Assembly: GCA_964350645.1 (NCBI GenBank)
Contig: CAYGJY010000001.1
Coordinates: 274,621 to 324,647 of the forward strand
Direction of reading: 5' to 3'
DNA length: 50,027 bases
Origin: an uncultured Candidatus Saccharibacteria bacterium
GTDB lineage: Bacteria > Patescibacteriota > Minisyncoccia > Phycocordibacterales > UBA918
Shown: one piece after another, positions 27,882 to 37,277 of the stretch
How positions within the stretch are numbered: position 1 is the stretch's first letter
How the letters are laid out: every line of letters begins with the position of its first letter
Made by a program: the position numbers and the translations under genes
Notes under the pieces: model-generated
The model's input: only the letters and a program-made list of their open reading frames with translations
Database searches by the model: none
Told to the model about the DNA's origin: nothing

Positions 27882-28985
27882 TTAGCTATGTTTCTTTTGA
27901 TATTTTGAGACGTTAAGTACTATACCAATAGAAATCATCGTAGCTAATAAAGCTGTCCCGCCATGGCTAATAAATGGCAGCGGTAGACCAGAGAGTGGTG
28001 CTAATGCAACCATGGCTGCGATGTTTAAGAATGCTTGGGTTGCGATTAAAGTCATGAAGCCAACCACTAAAAGCATGCCGAAGAGATCAGTAGCGTGCCC
28101 AGCGATACGATAGCCACGAAATGTAAAAATAGACAACAGTCCAATGAGTAGAACTGAACCGATAAACCCGAATTCCTCGGCGTAAACAGCAAAAATTGAG
28201 TCACCAATTGGCTCCGGTAAATACTCAAATTTTTGGATACTTTGTCCAAATCCGCGACCAGACACACCTCCAGAACCAACTGCGATAAGTGACTGGTTGA
28301 TTTGGTAACCTGAACCAAGTGGGTCAGATGAGGGGTTCATAAAAGTCATGATACGATCCTTGATGTACGGTCGAGCCATGGCTAGTAGTGCAAGCAGCAA
28401 AACGGCTGTGACTCCCATAATTAATACATCCCGCCACCGACCACCAGCAACCAAAAACATAGCAGTAGCCGCTGTCGCCATAACTAAAAAAGTATCAGTA
28501 TCAGGCTGGAGCAGGAGGAGAATGCCAACGATACCAACTATTCCAAAAAATGGCAGTGTGCCTTTAATGGTAGAAGTAATTTCTTTTTGCATCCCGGATA
28601 GCCAGGTGGCAGTGTAGATGATAAAGCCAATTTTCAATAGTTCAGCTGGTTGAAAAGAAAATCCTGCGATAGATACCCAACGTTGGGCACCACCATGACT
28701 GAATCCCAGTCCAGGTATAAAGACACAGAGTGTGAGTGCAACCGTGCCGAGAAAGATATAGAAGGCATATTGACGCCAATTTCGATAGTAGATTTGGCTC
28801 ATCACCAGAAGTGCAATGCTGCCACCTACGATTCCAAAAAGAAATTGATTAAACGCTACTGAAGAAAAACGAGCCCCTTCGCGGGCTAAAAGTCCAAGTG
28901 AGGCTGAAGAAAAAATCAGAAAACCAATAATGACTAGCAGTATCGTTATGATCAGTAGTGTACGATCGACACCTTTGATGTTCAT
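27882..28985 (-). CDS. ftsW: SEDS peptidoglycan polymerase FtsW
   Basis: GAQRW, FQPAELLK, LQPD, GYQINQS, LPEPIGDSIF, PFISHGG. Confidence 0.92.
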   Translation of the reverse strand: MNIKGVDRTLLIITILLVIIGFLIFSSASLGLLAREGARFSSVAFNQFLFGIVGGSIALLVMSQIYYRNWRQYAFYIFLGTVALTLCVFIPGLGFSHGGAQRWVSIAGFSFQPAELLKIGFIIYTATWLSGMQKEITSTIKGTLPFFGIVGIVGILLLLQPDTDTFLVMATAATAMFLVAGGRWRDVLIMGVTAVLLLALLAMARPYIKDRIMTFMNPSSDPLGSGYQINQSLIAVGSGGVSGRGFGQSIQKFEYLPEPIGDSIFAVYAEEFGFIGSVLLIGLLSIFTFRGYRIAGHATDLFGMLLVVGFMTLIATQAFLNIAAMVALAPLSGLPLPFISHGGTALLATMISIGIVLNVSKYQKKHS

Positions 28986-30055
28986 AAGGCGATAGTGACT
29001 AACATGCCAACAATTGCAAAGACAAAACCAAGGACCCAATAGCGCATAGCGACCTTCGCGTGTGACCAGCCGAGTGCTTCAAAGTGGTGATGGATTGGGG
29101 CGACTAGGAATACTTTCTTACCAGTGAGCTTTTTAGAAAGAAGTTGAATGATATTGGTTACTACAGTAACTAAGAGTAAAAAGCCGACAATCGGTAAGAC
29201 AGAAACTCCCTCTCCTTCCCCTAAAATGTCGGTCATAAAGGCAATGGTAGTAAGACATAAAGTTAATGCCATGACACCCGTTTCGGTCATATAGAACCGT
29301 GCAGGTGGAATGTTAAACCACAAGAACGCTAAAATACCACCGACAATGGTAGCGCAGAGGGCTGCAATATCAAATTGGCTCTGGAAGAAAGCAATACCAG
29401 TGTATGCCGTAAAAATAAATAGAAAAACACCACCAGCTAAGCCATCAACTCCATCAATGATGCTGCTTGCGTACACGGCAATGGCCACAAGTACAAAAAA
29501 TGGAATAAACCAAACACCAAGGTCAAGCGCAGCAAAACTAAAAAAACTAACTGATGAAACACCGAGCTTGGCGTAAAACCACCAAGCAGAAAAACTGGCA
29601 GTAATAGCTACGACAATAAGGCGCTGTGAAAGTGGCAGCCCGCCGGCGAAGTGTTTTCCGGTGCCTCTAATAACTAAAAGGTCGTCTAAGAAACCGACTA
29701 TGGCTCCTACAAGCAATGCAAACAATGGCAACCAGGTCTGAGAACGACTTAAGAAATCAAGACGTGAAAAAAGAGATTCTGGAAATATCCAACCAAGAAA
29801 AGCGATAAGAAAAATTGTAATGAAAACACTCGCCCAAATAACGATACCTCCCATGCGTGGTGTATTTGTATCCTTTTCTTTATGAAGTTGATCAAAGAGG
29901 GGGGTTTTTCCACCACCATAGCCTGATCCCTTGCCTGATTTTTTCTTCCAAGCTTTTAAGCGGTAAAGATGGAAAGTAACTAGCGGCGTTATCGCGATCC
30001 CAATAATAAAAGCGATGGCGGTGGGGGCAAATACTTTGATAATAGTGTCTTCCAT
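28982..30055 (-). CDS. mraY: Phospho-MurNAc-pentapeptide transferase
   Basis: TPRMGGI, GFLDD, DGVDGL, FNIPPARFYM, APIHHHFE. Confidence 0.95.
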   Translation of the reverse strand: MEDTIIKVFAPTAIAFIIGIAITPLVTFHLYRLKAWKKKSGKGSGYGGGKTPLFDQLHKEKDTNTPRMGGIVIWASVFITIFLIAFLGWIFPESLFSRLDFLSRSQTWLPLFALLVGAIVGFLDDLLVIRGTGKHFAGGLPLSQRLIVVAITASFSAWWFYAKLGVSSVSFFSFAALDLGVWFIPFFVLVAIAVYASSIIDGVDGLAGGVFLFIFTAYTGIAFFQSQFDIAALCATIVGGILAFLWFNIPPARFYMTETGVMALTLCLTTIAFMTDILGEGEGVSVLPIVGFLLLVTVVTNIIQLLSKKLTGKKVFLVAPIHHHFEALGWSHAKVAMRYWVLGFVFAIVGMLVTIAL

Positions 30056-30060
30056 AATAA

Positions 30061-31065
30061 TTATTTTTCTACTGCCAACCGCGCTTGTTCGCTTAACGTC
30101 AGTACGTCGGTAAATCGACCAGAACGCGTTGAACCAAGGACGACTACGATGATTGGGCGGTTAAGAGCCGCATCATACGCGATAGTAAGATTTCCACCAG
30201 CTAAGTCGGTGTAGCCAGTCTTAGAGCCTATGAGACCTTCTATCTGATTGATAGTAGGATTTGTATTCTCGATAGTATGTACAGCTCCACCCTGGCTTCG
30301 GATTGACGCTTCATCAATTTGAGTACTCTCAAGTATTTCTGGATAGTGGCTAAGTATATATTCCATTAGAAATGTCACATCACGGGCTGATCCGTAAGCG
30401 CCACCTTCATTAACTGAAATATCGAGTCCGGTTGGGTTACGGAAAAACGTTTGTTTGAGGCCGATTTCTTTAGCTCTGATATTCATTGCATCAACAAAAG
30501 AAGTTGGGGCATTATTGGGGTCTAGGATTGCTCCCGCTGCTGCAGCGATAGCAAAAGCACCGTCATTTGATGAACTCATTAGTGTCAGATCAAGTAAATT
30601 TTTTAGCGAAAATGATTCTCCCTCTAAAAAACCACTATTGCCAGATTGTTTAAGTGATAGTTCATCGATCATGACACTTTTATCGTTTTTGATAAGTTCG
30701 TGGGCAACGAGAGCAGTCATAAGCTTTGTAATTGAAGCCAGTGGCAGCTGTTCGTCAGGATTTTTTTCGTAGAGGACTTTTTGTGTTTGTACATCCCAGA
30801 CAAACGCCGCTTCTGCTTGGATACTGGTACCGGCAAACGGCATACTATTCTCAGTTTCGGTTTGTACCACAGCAGCAGGAGTGGCTACAGTGGCTGCGAC
30901 TGTTTCTGCTTGGAGTTCTTTAGTATTTGGTAGTTCTGGTAGTAATGATGAACCTAAGATGAGTAGCAATATTAGTGCTAAGATACCGAGTTGTTGTAAG
31001 ACTGGTAAGTGCGGTGCTGCCTCTTCGAGAACAGTATTTTCGGTTGAAGTAATTACTGGATCCAT
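30061..31065 (-). CDS. D-Ala-D-Ala carboxypeptidase (S11)
   Basis: SITK (SxxK), SSN (SxN), KTG; N-terminal TM. Confidence 0.92.
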   Translation of the reverse strand: MDPVITSTENTVLEEAAPHLPVLQQLGILALILLLILGSSLLPELPNTKELQAETVAATVATPAAVVQTETENSMPFAGTSIQAEAAFVWDVQTQKVLYEKNPDEQLPLASITKLMTALVAHELIKNDKSVMIDELSLKQSGNSGFLEGESFSLKNLLDLTLMSSSNDGAFAIAAAAGAILDPNNAPTSFVDAMNIRAKEIGLKQTFFRNPTGLDISVNEGGAYGSARDVTFLMEYILSHYPEILESTQIDEASIRSQGGAVHTIENTNPTINQIEGLIGSKTGYTDLAGGNLTIAYDAALNRPIIVVVLGSTRSGRFTDVLTLSEQARLAVEK

Positions 31066-31066
31066 A

Positions 31067-31600
31067 TTATGAAATTGCTGGCTCTTGATGAGCTTCAAAT
31101 TTTTCTAGAGTATTCATTATTTCTACAAATTCAGGCAGGTCTGTCTTTTCAGTAATGCCAAGATGAGCCATAAGGACAGTAGTGATACGATAGAGGGTTG
31201 TTTTAGAAGCTGCATCTTTTTCGATTAAACCTCGCACCAATAAGTTTCGCAAAATAAATGCCGAATTAACTCCACGAATACGGTCGATGTCAGCTCTGGC
31301 AATTGGTCCTTTATACAGAATGATGGCTAGAGTTTCTGCCCCAGCTTTGCCAATATCACGCTTCATTTCGTCTTTTCGGATTGATTCTATAAGCGCATCT
31401 AATTCAGGCGCAGTACCAAGTTCGACTTCTGTGTCACTTACAAACAGTCTGATGGCACCGGTATTAAGGTGAGCTTGTAAGGCGGAGAGAGATTTAGTCA
31501 ATTCTTCAGCCGTGCAGTCAAACAGCTTAATGAGCGCCTTTTTAGTCACTGGAGTTGCCTTGTAAAACAAGACAGCCTCGATCTTCTGCTCGAGTGTCAT
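31067..31600 (-). CDS. scpB: SMC-Scp complex subunit ScpB
   Basis: IEAVLF, ETLAIILY..PI.RADID.IRGVNS. Confidence 0.93.
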   Translation of the reverse strand: MTLEQKIEAVLFYKATPVTKKALIKLFDCTAEELTKSLSALQAHLNTGAIRLFVSDTEVELGTAPELDALIESIRKDEMKRDIGKAGAETLAIILYKGPIARADIDRIRGVNSAFILRNLLVRGLIEKDAASKTTLYRITTVLMAHLGITEKTDLPEFVEIMNTLEKFEAHQEPAIS

Positions 31601-31659
31601 ACAGCCTTATTTTAGCAGATACGACGTTAAAAAGCCCTTTATGTACACATGTGACAAGT

Positions 31660-32406
31660 CTACTGATAGTCGGGGACAGAGAATCCTTCACGTTTAATTT
31701 CAATGTCCTCAAAACGGTTGCTTTGTAGCACTAAAATACTGCCCTGTTTGACTGACTCTAAAATTGCTAAAAACCCAACAATGACTGTTGTTCGTTCTTC
31801 CTCCCCTTCAATGAGCTCTCTAAATGTCAGTTGCAGTTGTTTTTCGATACGTGTCTGTAAGCGATCCATCATTTCTTCGAGTGAAATTACCTTCCTAACT
31901 TGAACCTTTGGTTTCTCAGGCTTTATGGGCAATTCTTGAATGACAGCGTACATTGCGTCTTTTAGTACTGCTAGTTTTGTAAATTGATCGAGGGTGAAAA
32001 TTGGCTCTGTTTTGGGCACAAATTGGCGACTATGAGCCACCTGTTTTCCAAAATGTTCCTCTACCCCTTTCCCGGCACGCCGATATATCTGATACAGCTT
32101 GAGCCGCTCTTCTAAGTCTTCAATGGTATCGGTCTCTTCTTCAGTCAGTTCTAAGACGGGCAGCAGAGACTTTGATTTGATGAGGAGTAAGGTCGCTGCC
32201 AGTTGCACAAATTGTGTTGTACCGGGTAGTGATTTCTCTTGCATCTCGGCAACTTGGCGCATGTATTCATCAGTTACTTCAGCGAGTGAGATGTCATTAA
32301 TAAGTAACTTCCGCTTTTCGACAAGGTCAAGCAATAGATCCATAGGACCCTCAAAAGTCTCAGTTTTGACGGCGAAATGCTCAACGCTATACGCAGCAGT
32401 ATTCAT
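31660..32406 (-). CDS. scpA: Segregation/condensation protein ScpA
   Basis: FEGPMDLLL, IKSKSLLP, FLAILE. Confidence 0.93.
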   Translation of the reverse strand: MNTAAYSVEHFAVKTETFEGPMDLLLDLVEKRKLLINDISLAEVTDEYMRQVAEMQEKSLPGTTQFVQLAATLLLIKSKSLLPVLELTEEETDTIEDLEERLKLYQIYRRAGKGVEEHFGKQVAHSRQFVPKTEPIFTLDQFTKLAVLKDAMYAVIQELPIKPEKPKVQVRKVISLEEMMDRLQTRIEKQLQLTFRELIEGEEERTTVIVGFLAILESVKQGSILVLQSNRFEDIEIKREGFSVPDYQ

Positions 32407-32411
32407 AACAT

Positions 32412-32423
32412 AATGATATCATT
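32412..32423. promoter_or_regulatory. Palindromic bidirectional extended -10 element
   Basis: AATGATATCATT reads TGaTATCAT on both strands, 6 and 10 nt from the two divergent ATGs. Confidence 0.55.
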
Positions 32424-32432
32424 GAATTCTCT

Positions 32433-33281
32433 ATGGGAATTGCAGCGATGTTAGGAGTGGCCGTAATATTCGCTTTGTTTAGTGTGTTTATCACCTACAA
32501 CTCGTATATGTTTGGTGATTTGTTTCAGGTTGCGCTCCGCAATGGTTTGGCTTTTGTGATGCTACTCCCGATCCTTGTATGGCGTAAAACCCTATTCAAC
32601 TTTTCTAAGCGGGAGTGGTTGTTAATTGGACTGTATGCCTTTGGTTCAATTTTTGTATTAGTGATTGTGACGTTGGCGTATCTTAATGCTCCAATCAAAA
32701 CTGTTTTGGCAGTACGATATAGTATTTCAGTTATTTTTTCCGTATTTATCTCGGCGTTGATTTTTAAAGAAGCAATTAAAGGTATCAATATTGCGGCAGT
32801 TTTACTGGGGGTTATTGGCATTGTAATATTCGCCTACCCGTTTTTAGGATTTTTTACGATTGGGGTTTTGTATGCGCTCTTCACTGCTTTTAGCTTTTTG
32901 TTTGTGGGTGCGCTCCTCAAGAAAATAAGCACCGCACCAGAGGTGCTGATGGCAGCAGAGTTTAGCGCCGTCGCCATTGTTGTCGGGGTATTTGTGTTGT
33001 TAAGTGGTGCTCCGACAATTATTGCGTACAACCAGCTTTTATGGCTGGTGATGATTGTCTTTTCTGCCCTTTTGATCGTCGTGACATATCTGATGGTGTA
33101 CGGTTACCGTAAAATTAATTTCAACTTGGCAAACATCATTCTCACTTCTGAAATCGCGTTTGGATTACTCTTTGGGTATCTACTGCTGGGACAGACTGTC
33201 ACTGCGACCGAATGGGTCGGGATTGGATTGATTGCCGCAGCTGTTGTGTTGCCGCATGCAGTTAAGTTACTTCGCCGTTAG
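32433..33281 (+). CDS. EamA/DMT family transporter
   Basis: About 10 TM helices in two repeats; IFKE..K, SEIAF..LFG.LLLGQ. Confidence 0.85.
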   Translation: MGIAAMLGVAVIFALFSVFITYNSYMFGDLFQVALRNGLAFVMLLPILVWRKTLFNFSKREWLLIGLYAFGSIFVLVIVTLAYLNAPIKTVLAVRYSISVIFSVFISALIFKEAIKGINIAAVLLGVIGIVIFAYPFLGFFTIGVLYALFTAFSFLFVGALLKKISTAPEVLMAAEFSAVAIVVGVFVLLSGAPTIIAYNQLLWLVMIVFSALLIVVTYLMVYGYRKINFNLANIILTSEIAFGLLFGYLLLGQTVTATEWVGIGLIAAAVVLPHAVKLLRR

Positions 33282-33894
33282 TGAAGTGCCCACGCTTCTC
33301 CATTTCAGCTACCCCTACTTCACAATAACGAAGCATCACAGGAAAATTTCGTAATGGCTGGCGTTTGACTGACCAACATTGCTCAATTGTCTCACGATTT
33401 TTTTGCATAATTGCTTTGCCGTGGCCTGTAAGACACTGAAAAACAGGCTCTAGTTTGTCGAGAGCTTTAACAAATTTTGCTTCGGTGGTTTTCTCAGCTG
33501 AGTATTCTTCTAAGATTTCTTGGATCATTTTTTGGTTAGAGATAGGAGTACGTTTAAGAACCCGAATACATGAATCAATTTCTACGCTTCTCTGTTCAGT
33601 AGTTTTTAGGTAACCAATTATGTCGCCAGTTTCGATTTCGTCAATGTCGTGATACAGAACCATGTTATTAATTTTGGTTTGATCCCAGGTTTTTTCTGGA
33701 TTTTCTAAAGGTAGAAAGTAGTTATTGATAATCATCATACCGAACACATGCTCAGCAACTGATTCAGTCGCAATTTTTTCGTCACGATTGAGGCCATACC
33801 GAATCTCATGTTTGAGATTGTAGAATACTTGGAGCTTCTCAATTTCAGCTAGGATATATTCGTCTGTGAAAGCTTCTATTTTAATAGGATTCAA
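33262..33894 (-). CDS. HD-domain phosphohydrolase (YfbR/HDDC2-like); start uncertain (TTG 33894 or GTG 33924)
   Basis: LK...R, ESVAEH, HDIDE..TGD, EAKFVKALDKLE. Confidence 0.85.
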   Translation of the reverse strand: MNPIKIEAFTDEYILAEIEKLQVFYNLKHEIRYGLNRDEKIATESVAEHVFGMMIINNYFLPLENPEKTWDQTKINNMVLYHDIDEIETGDIIGYLKTTEQRSVEIDSCIRVLKRTPISNQKMIQEILEEYSAEKTTEAKFVKALDKLEPVFQCLTGHGKAIMQKNRETIEQCWSVKRQPLRNFPVMLRYCEVGVAEMEKRGHFTNGEVT

Positions 33895-35314
33895 TAAATT
33901 TAACGAGTAGTCGGACTGGTTCACCGGTAGAGCCGTCTACGAGCTTATCTGAGGCGATTGCTTCCATGCGTGGTGCAATGTCGATATGGCACCATGGGAC
34001 GCCCTTAGGGGCGAAGAATGACAAAAAAGCAGCTCCTTCAATCGTGCCACCAAAGCGAGAAAAATTAGGCAGGATGTTGGCGACGTCGGCACGAGTTTTG
34101 GTGAGTGGAGTTTTGTATTCGTCCCATAGAGGTAATGGCCATACGTAGTCGCCACTTTCTTCTCCCAGTGTCTGCAGTAGGTCAGTCAGTTTTTTGTCTT
34201 CACTTAAGATAGCTGAGGCGTGTTGACCCAAGGCTACAAGAGCAGCGCCTGTGAGAGTTGCAGTGTCTAAGATAACGCGCGGGTTGAATTTAGCGGCGTA
34301 GGACAGTCCGTCAGCCAGTACCAAGCGCCCCTCGGCGTCGGTGTGCAGCACTTCAATCGTCTTACCGGAGTGTGAATTAATGATGTCCCCAGCACGCATG
34401 GCTCGGTCTGAGACAGCGTTTTCTGCAGCTGGGATTATCGCTATGATATTTTTCTTAATTCCAAGCTTTGCAGCGCAGGCAATAGCGGCCATCACTGACG
34501 AACCGCCAGACATGTCGAGGTGCATGTCGTGCATATAGCCAGATGGTTTGACATTGAGTCCGCCCGTGTCATACGTAATACCCTTTCCAATTAAGACGAT
34601 TGGCTGCAGCTTCTTATCTTTAGAGTTTTTAGTTGGTTTTCCAGCGCCGTAGTACTCCATCACTATAAAGCGTGGCATATCTTTAGCTCCCTTCCCGACT
34701 GCCCAAAGTGCGTGCAGGCCTTCTTTTTGAATTGCTTTTTCATCGAGGATTTTGACAGAGACTTTACTTCCCTTAGCCAAGGTTTGAGCCGCTTTTGCTA
34801 AGGCAGCTGGAGTCATATCTTCACCAGTTGTGTTTGCGATATCGCGAGCTTTGTTGACGTATTCACCCACCACCAGGCCGCGATCAAAACCAGCTTTAGC
34901 TTTTTTGTTGAAGCCGCCGCAGAGCATAATTTCTTTGACTGGATTTTTCGCCTTTTCTTTGTTGGTTTTGTAGTCTGTAAAGCTATATGAAGCTAAGGTT
35001 AGGTTTTCAGCAATGGTTGAAGTGATCCAATCTTCACCGTAGATTTCTAGTTTAGGAAATGTAACTTGTGAAAATTGTACTGCCAAATAATCAATTTTAT
35101 GACTTTTGGCAGACTGAACTATAGAACGAATTAAAGTTATAAATTGCCGGGTTGTCAGATTCTTAGCTTTCCCAACTCCAAGGCGGTATTCGATAGTACC
35201 GTCTTTTGTTTCGACGAGTCGGTGGTAGTCTTTTTTATCTTCAGTGAGGACAAGTCGGGTGTATTTCTTTGGAGTATCGGCGACACTTTTCTGGCTGGTA
35301 GTAATTTTTGTCAT
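33881..35314 (-). CDS. pepA: Leucyl aminopeptidase (M17)
   Basis: GKGITYDTGG, DMSG, HTDAEGRLVLAD, ATLTGA, HIDIA. Confidence 0.93.
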   Translation of the reverse strand: MTKITTSQKSVADTPKKYTRLVLTEDKKDYHRLVETKDGTIEYRLGVGKAKNLTTRQFITLIRSIVQSAKSHKIDYLAVQFSQVTFPKLEIYGEDWITSTIAENLTLASYSFTDYKTNKEKAKNPVKEIMLCGGFNKKAKAGFDRGLVVGEYVNKARDIANTTGEDMTPAALAKAAQTLAKGSKVSVKILDEKAIQKEGLHALWAVGKGAKDMPRFIVMEYYGAGKPTKNSKDKKLQPIVLIGKGITYDTGGLNVKPSGYMHDMHLDMSGGSSVMAAIACAAKLGIKKNIIAIIPAAENAVSDRAMRAGDIINSHSGKTIEVLHTDAEGRLVLADGLSYAAKFNPRVILDTATLTGAALVALGQHASAILSEDKKLTDLLQTLGEESGDYVWPLPLWDEYKTPLTKTRADVANILPNFSRFGGTIEGAAFLSFFAPKGVPWCHIDIAPRMEAIASDKLVDGSTGEPVRLLVKFIESY

Positions 35315-35344
35315 AGGTAATATTAGTTAGTCTTTGCATTGTAA

Positions 35345-35385
35345 CAAAACCGTGGCGAATCCTGAAAGGATTCGCCACGGTTTTG
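35345..35385 (-). terminator. Intrinsic terminator after aspS
   Basis: CAAAACCGTGGCGAATCCT-GAA-AGGATTCGCCACGGTTTTG. Confidence 0.88.
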
Positions 35386-35392
35386 ATTCTGG

Positions 35393-36748
35393 TTATTTTT
35401 CTTCGGGTGTCTGATCTTCTTTGCTTGAAAGAAGAATGTCGATGCGGTTGATGTCTCGCGGGAAGAGGGCCGCTTCTTTCACGCTCCCGAGTCCGAGGAA
35501 CTTCTGGGTGAGGCGTTCTAGTCCCATCCCCCACCCACCGTGTGGCGGGATTCCGTATTTGAATGCCTGGCGGTAGAAACTGAAGTTTTCTGGATCAATC
35601 CCCTTGGCTTTAGCTTTTTCAATCAACATCCCCTCACTGTGGACCCGTTGGCCACCAGTAGTGATCTCAACCCCACGGTACAAGAGGTCGAAACTCTTGG
35701 TAAAACCAGGGTCAGTCTCATCTTCCATCGTGTAAAACGGTCGCTTGGAGACTGGGTAGTGAGTAATAAAGATGAAGTCTGACCCGAGTTCGGTTTTCGC
35801 ATATTCACAGAGCCAGCGTTCATCTTCTGGTTCGAGGTCTGGTTCTTTGGTCTTGTCTGCGCCAGTTTTCTCCTTGATCAGCTCCTGGGCTTCCCGGAGC
35901 TTCATGTGTGGGAATAGGTCACCTTCAGGCGTTAGGGGCAGAGTGGCCCCAAGAAGCTCAAATTCAGCTGCACAGGCCTCTTTTAGGTGAGTGACGATGT
36001 GTTGTAGAACTTTGGTTTCTACCCGCATGACATCAAGATGATCGGTGATAAAGCCCATCTCTGCGTCGATAGAGGTGTATTCATTGAGGTGACGCGTCGT
36101 TGCGTGTTTTTCAGCCCGGAAGACGTTGCCAGTGGTGTAGACTCGCTCAAAGACACCAACCATAATTTGTTTGTAAAGTTGAGGGCTGGTTGCCAAGTAG
36201 GCGCTTTTCCCTTTGAAGTAGTCGGTCTTAAAGACTTCTCCGGTGCCTTCAGCATCTTCACCAATTAGTTTCGGAGCTTGGAACTCTGTAAAGCCATCAG
36301 CATCAAGAGCGGCTCGGTAGGCTTTCATGATCTCACTTTGCACTTTGAAGATGGCTCGCTCTCGCTCGCGACGCAAGGTCAGCGGACGGAAGTCCATCAT
36401 AGTGTCTTGGTTGAGGTCGGTGTCAAGATCAAATGGTAATGCTTCTGACTGGTTCAGAATTTCTATGGCCGTGATCTCAAGCTCGATATCACCATTCATG
36501 ACGTCTTTGTTTACCATCTTCTCCGGACGCTGGTTGACGACCCCGGTTACCTTGAGGGCTGACTCTGGACGGGTGGTTTTAGCCACTTCCAGTACTTCAG
36601 GTTTACCAAAAACAACACCTTGGATAACGCCAGTGTGATCACGAAAATCAAAGAAAGCCATCTTCCCTTGATCGCGTACAACATCGACAATCGCATGTAC
36701 GGTTACTTCCTTTCCTGTTTGTTCTTGTAAGTTATTTATTTTTGTCAT
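35393..36748 (-). CDS. aspS: Aspartate--tRNA ligase, archaeal/eukaryotic type (possibly non-discriminating)
   Basis: 451 aa without the bacterial GAD insert; SPQLYKQ, FRAE.H.T.RHLNEY, EITTGGQR, PPHGGWGMGLERL, FPRD. Confidence 0.93.
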   Translation of the reverse strand: MTKINNLQEQTGKEVTVHAIVDVVRDQGKMAFFDFRDHTGVIQGVVFGKPEVLEVAKTTRPESALKVTGVVNQRPEKMVNKDVMNGDIELEITAIEILNQSEALPFDLDTDLNQDTMMDFRPLTLRRERERAIFKVQSEIMKAYRAALDADGFTEFQAPKLIGEDAEGTGEVFKTDYFKGKSAYLATSPQLYKQIMVGVFERVYTTGNVFRAEKHATTRHLNEYTSIDAEMGFITDHLDVMRVETKVLQHIVTHLKEACAAEFELLGATLPLTPEGDLFPHMKLREAQELIKEKTGADKTKEPDLEPEDERWLCEYAKTELGSDFIFITHYPVSKRPFYTMEDETDPGFTKSFDLLYRGVEITTGGQRVHSEGMLIEKAKAKGIDPENFSFYRQAFKYGIPPHGGWGMGLERLTQKFLGLGSVKEAALFPRDINRIDILLSSKEDQTPEEK

Positions 36749-36749
36749 G

Positions 36750-37085
36750 TTAATTAATTTTAGGATTGATAATTACAATGAGTTGGTTATTACTTGCTGT
36801 TCCTTGAATAATTTCAACTAGTGAGTCTGCATCTGAGATTCGGCCACAATCTGTTTTGAAAGATTCGTACTGATCTAAATATGTAGGGTCTGTTCTAAAC
36901 TTTAAGAAGAAAGCATTCGCACTAGTCTCAACAGATGTATTATTTCTCAACTTTTCATATGAATCTGTGTCAAATTCAAGAAGTGTAAAGCCATATTCAA
37001 TTGCTAATCTCTTGATTTCACTGACTGTCCGTCTCACTATTTCTTCAGGTGTTTCAATAGCTTTATGACTGTTTTCATTAAACAT
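36750..37085 (-). CDS. Hypothetical protein (111 aa) between the T-box and aspS
   Basis: ATG right after the T-box hairpin; stop 1 nt before the aspS ATG. Confidence 0.6.
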   Translation of the reverse strand: MFNENSHKAIETPEEIVRRTVSEIKRLAIEYGFTLLEFDTDSYEKLRNNTSVETSANAFFLKFRTDPTYLDQYESFKTDCGRISDADSLVEIIQGTASNNQLIVIINPKIN

Positions 37086-37232
37086 AAAATCGCCCCTACG
37101 GACATATTACGCTAATAATACATTCGTAGGGGCGATTACGATCAGGTGATCGTGCATCGCGGTGCCACCCTACTTCGGCTCAAATGAGCCCTCTTCATTA
37201 GTACCTCAGCGGTGTCAGTCGCTTCGTCGGTT
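37086..37232 (-). ncRNA. Minimal T-box riboswitch (Asp specifier)
   Basis: AGGGTGGCACCGCG T-box bulge, antiterminator/terminator pair, K-turn Stem I with loop ACUGACAC, Stem III; upstream of aspS. Confidence 0.88.
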
Positions 37233-37238
37233 AGTTGT

Positions 37239-37267
37239 AGGATAGCGCCAATACTTACCTTAGTCAA
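37239..37267 (-). promoter_or_regulatory. sigma70 promoter of the T-box/aspS unit
   Basis: TTGACT-17 nt-TATCCT. Confidence 0.7.
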
Positions 37268-37277
37268 TAAATCACTC

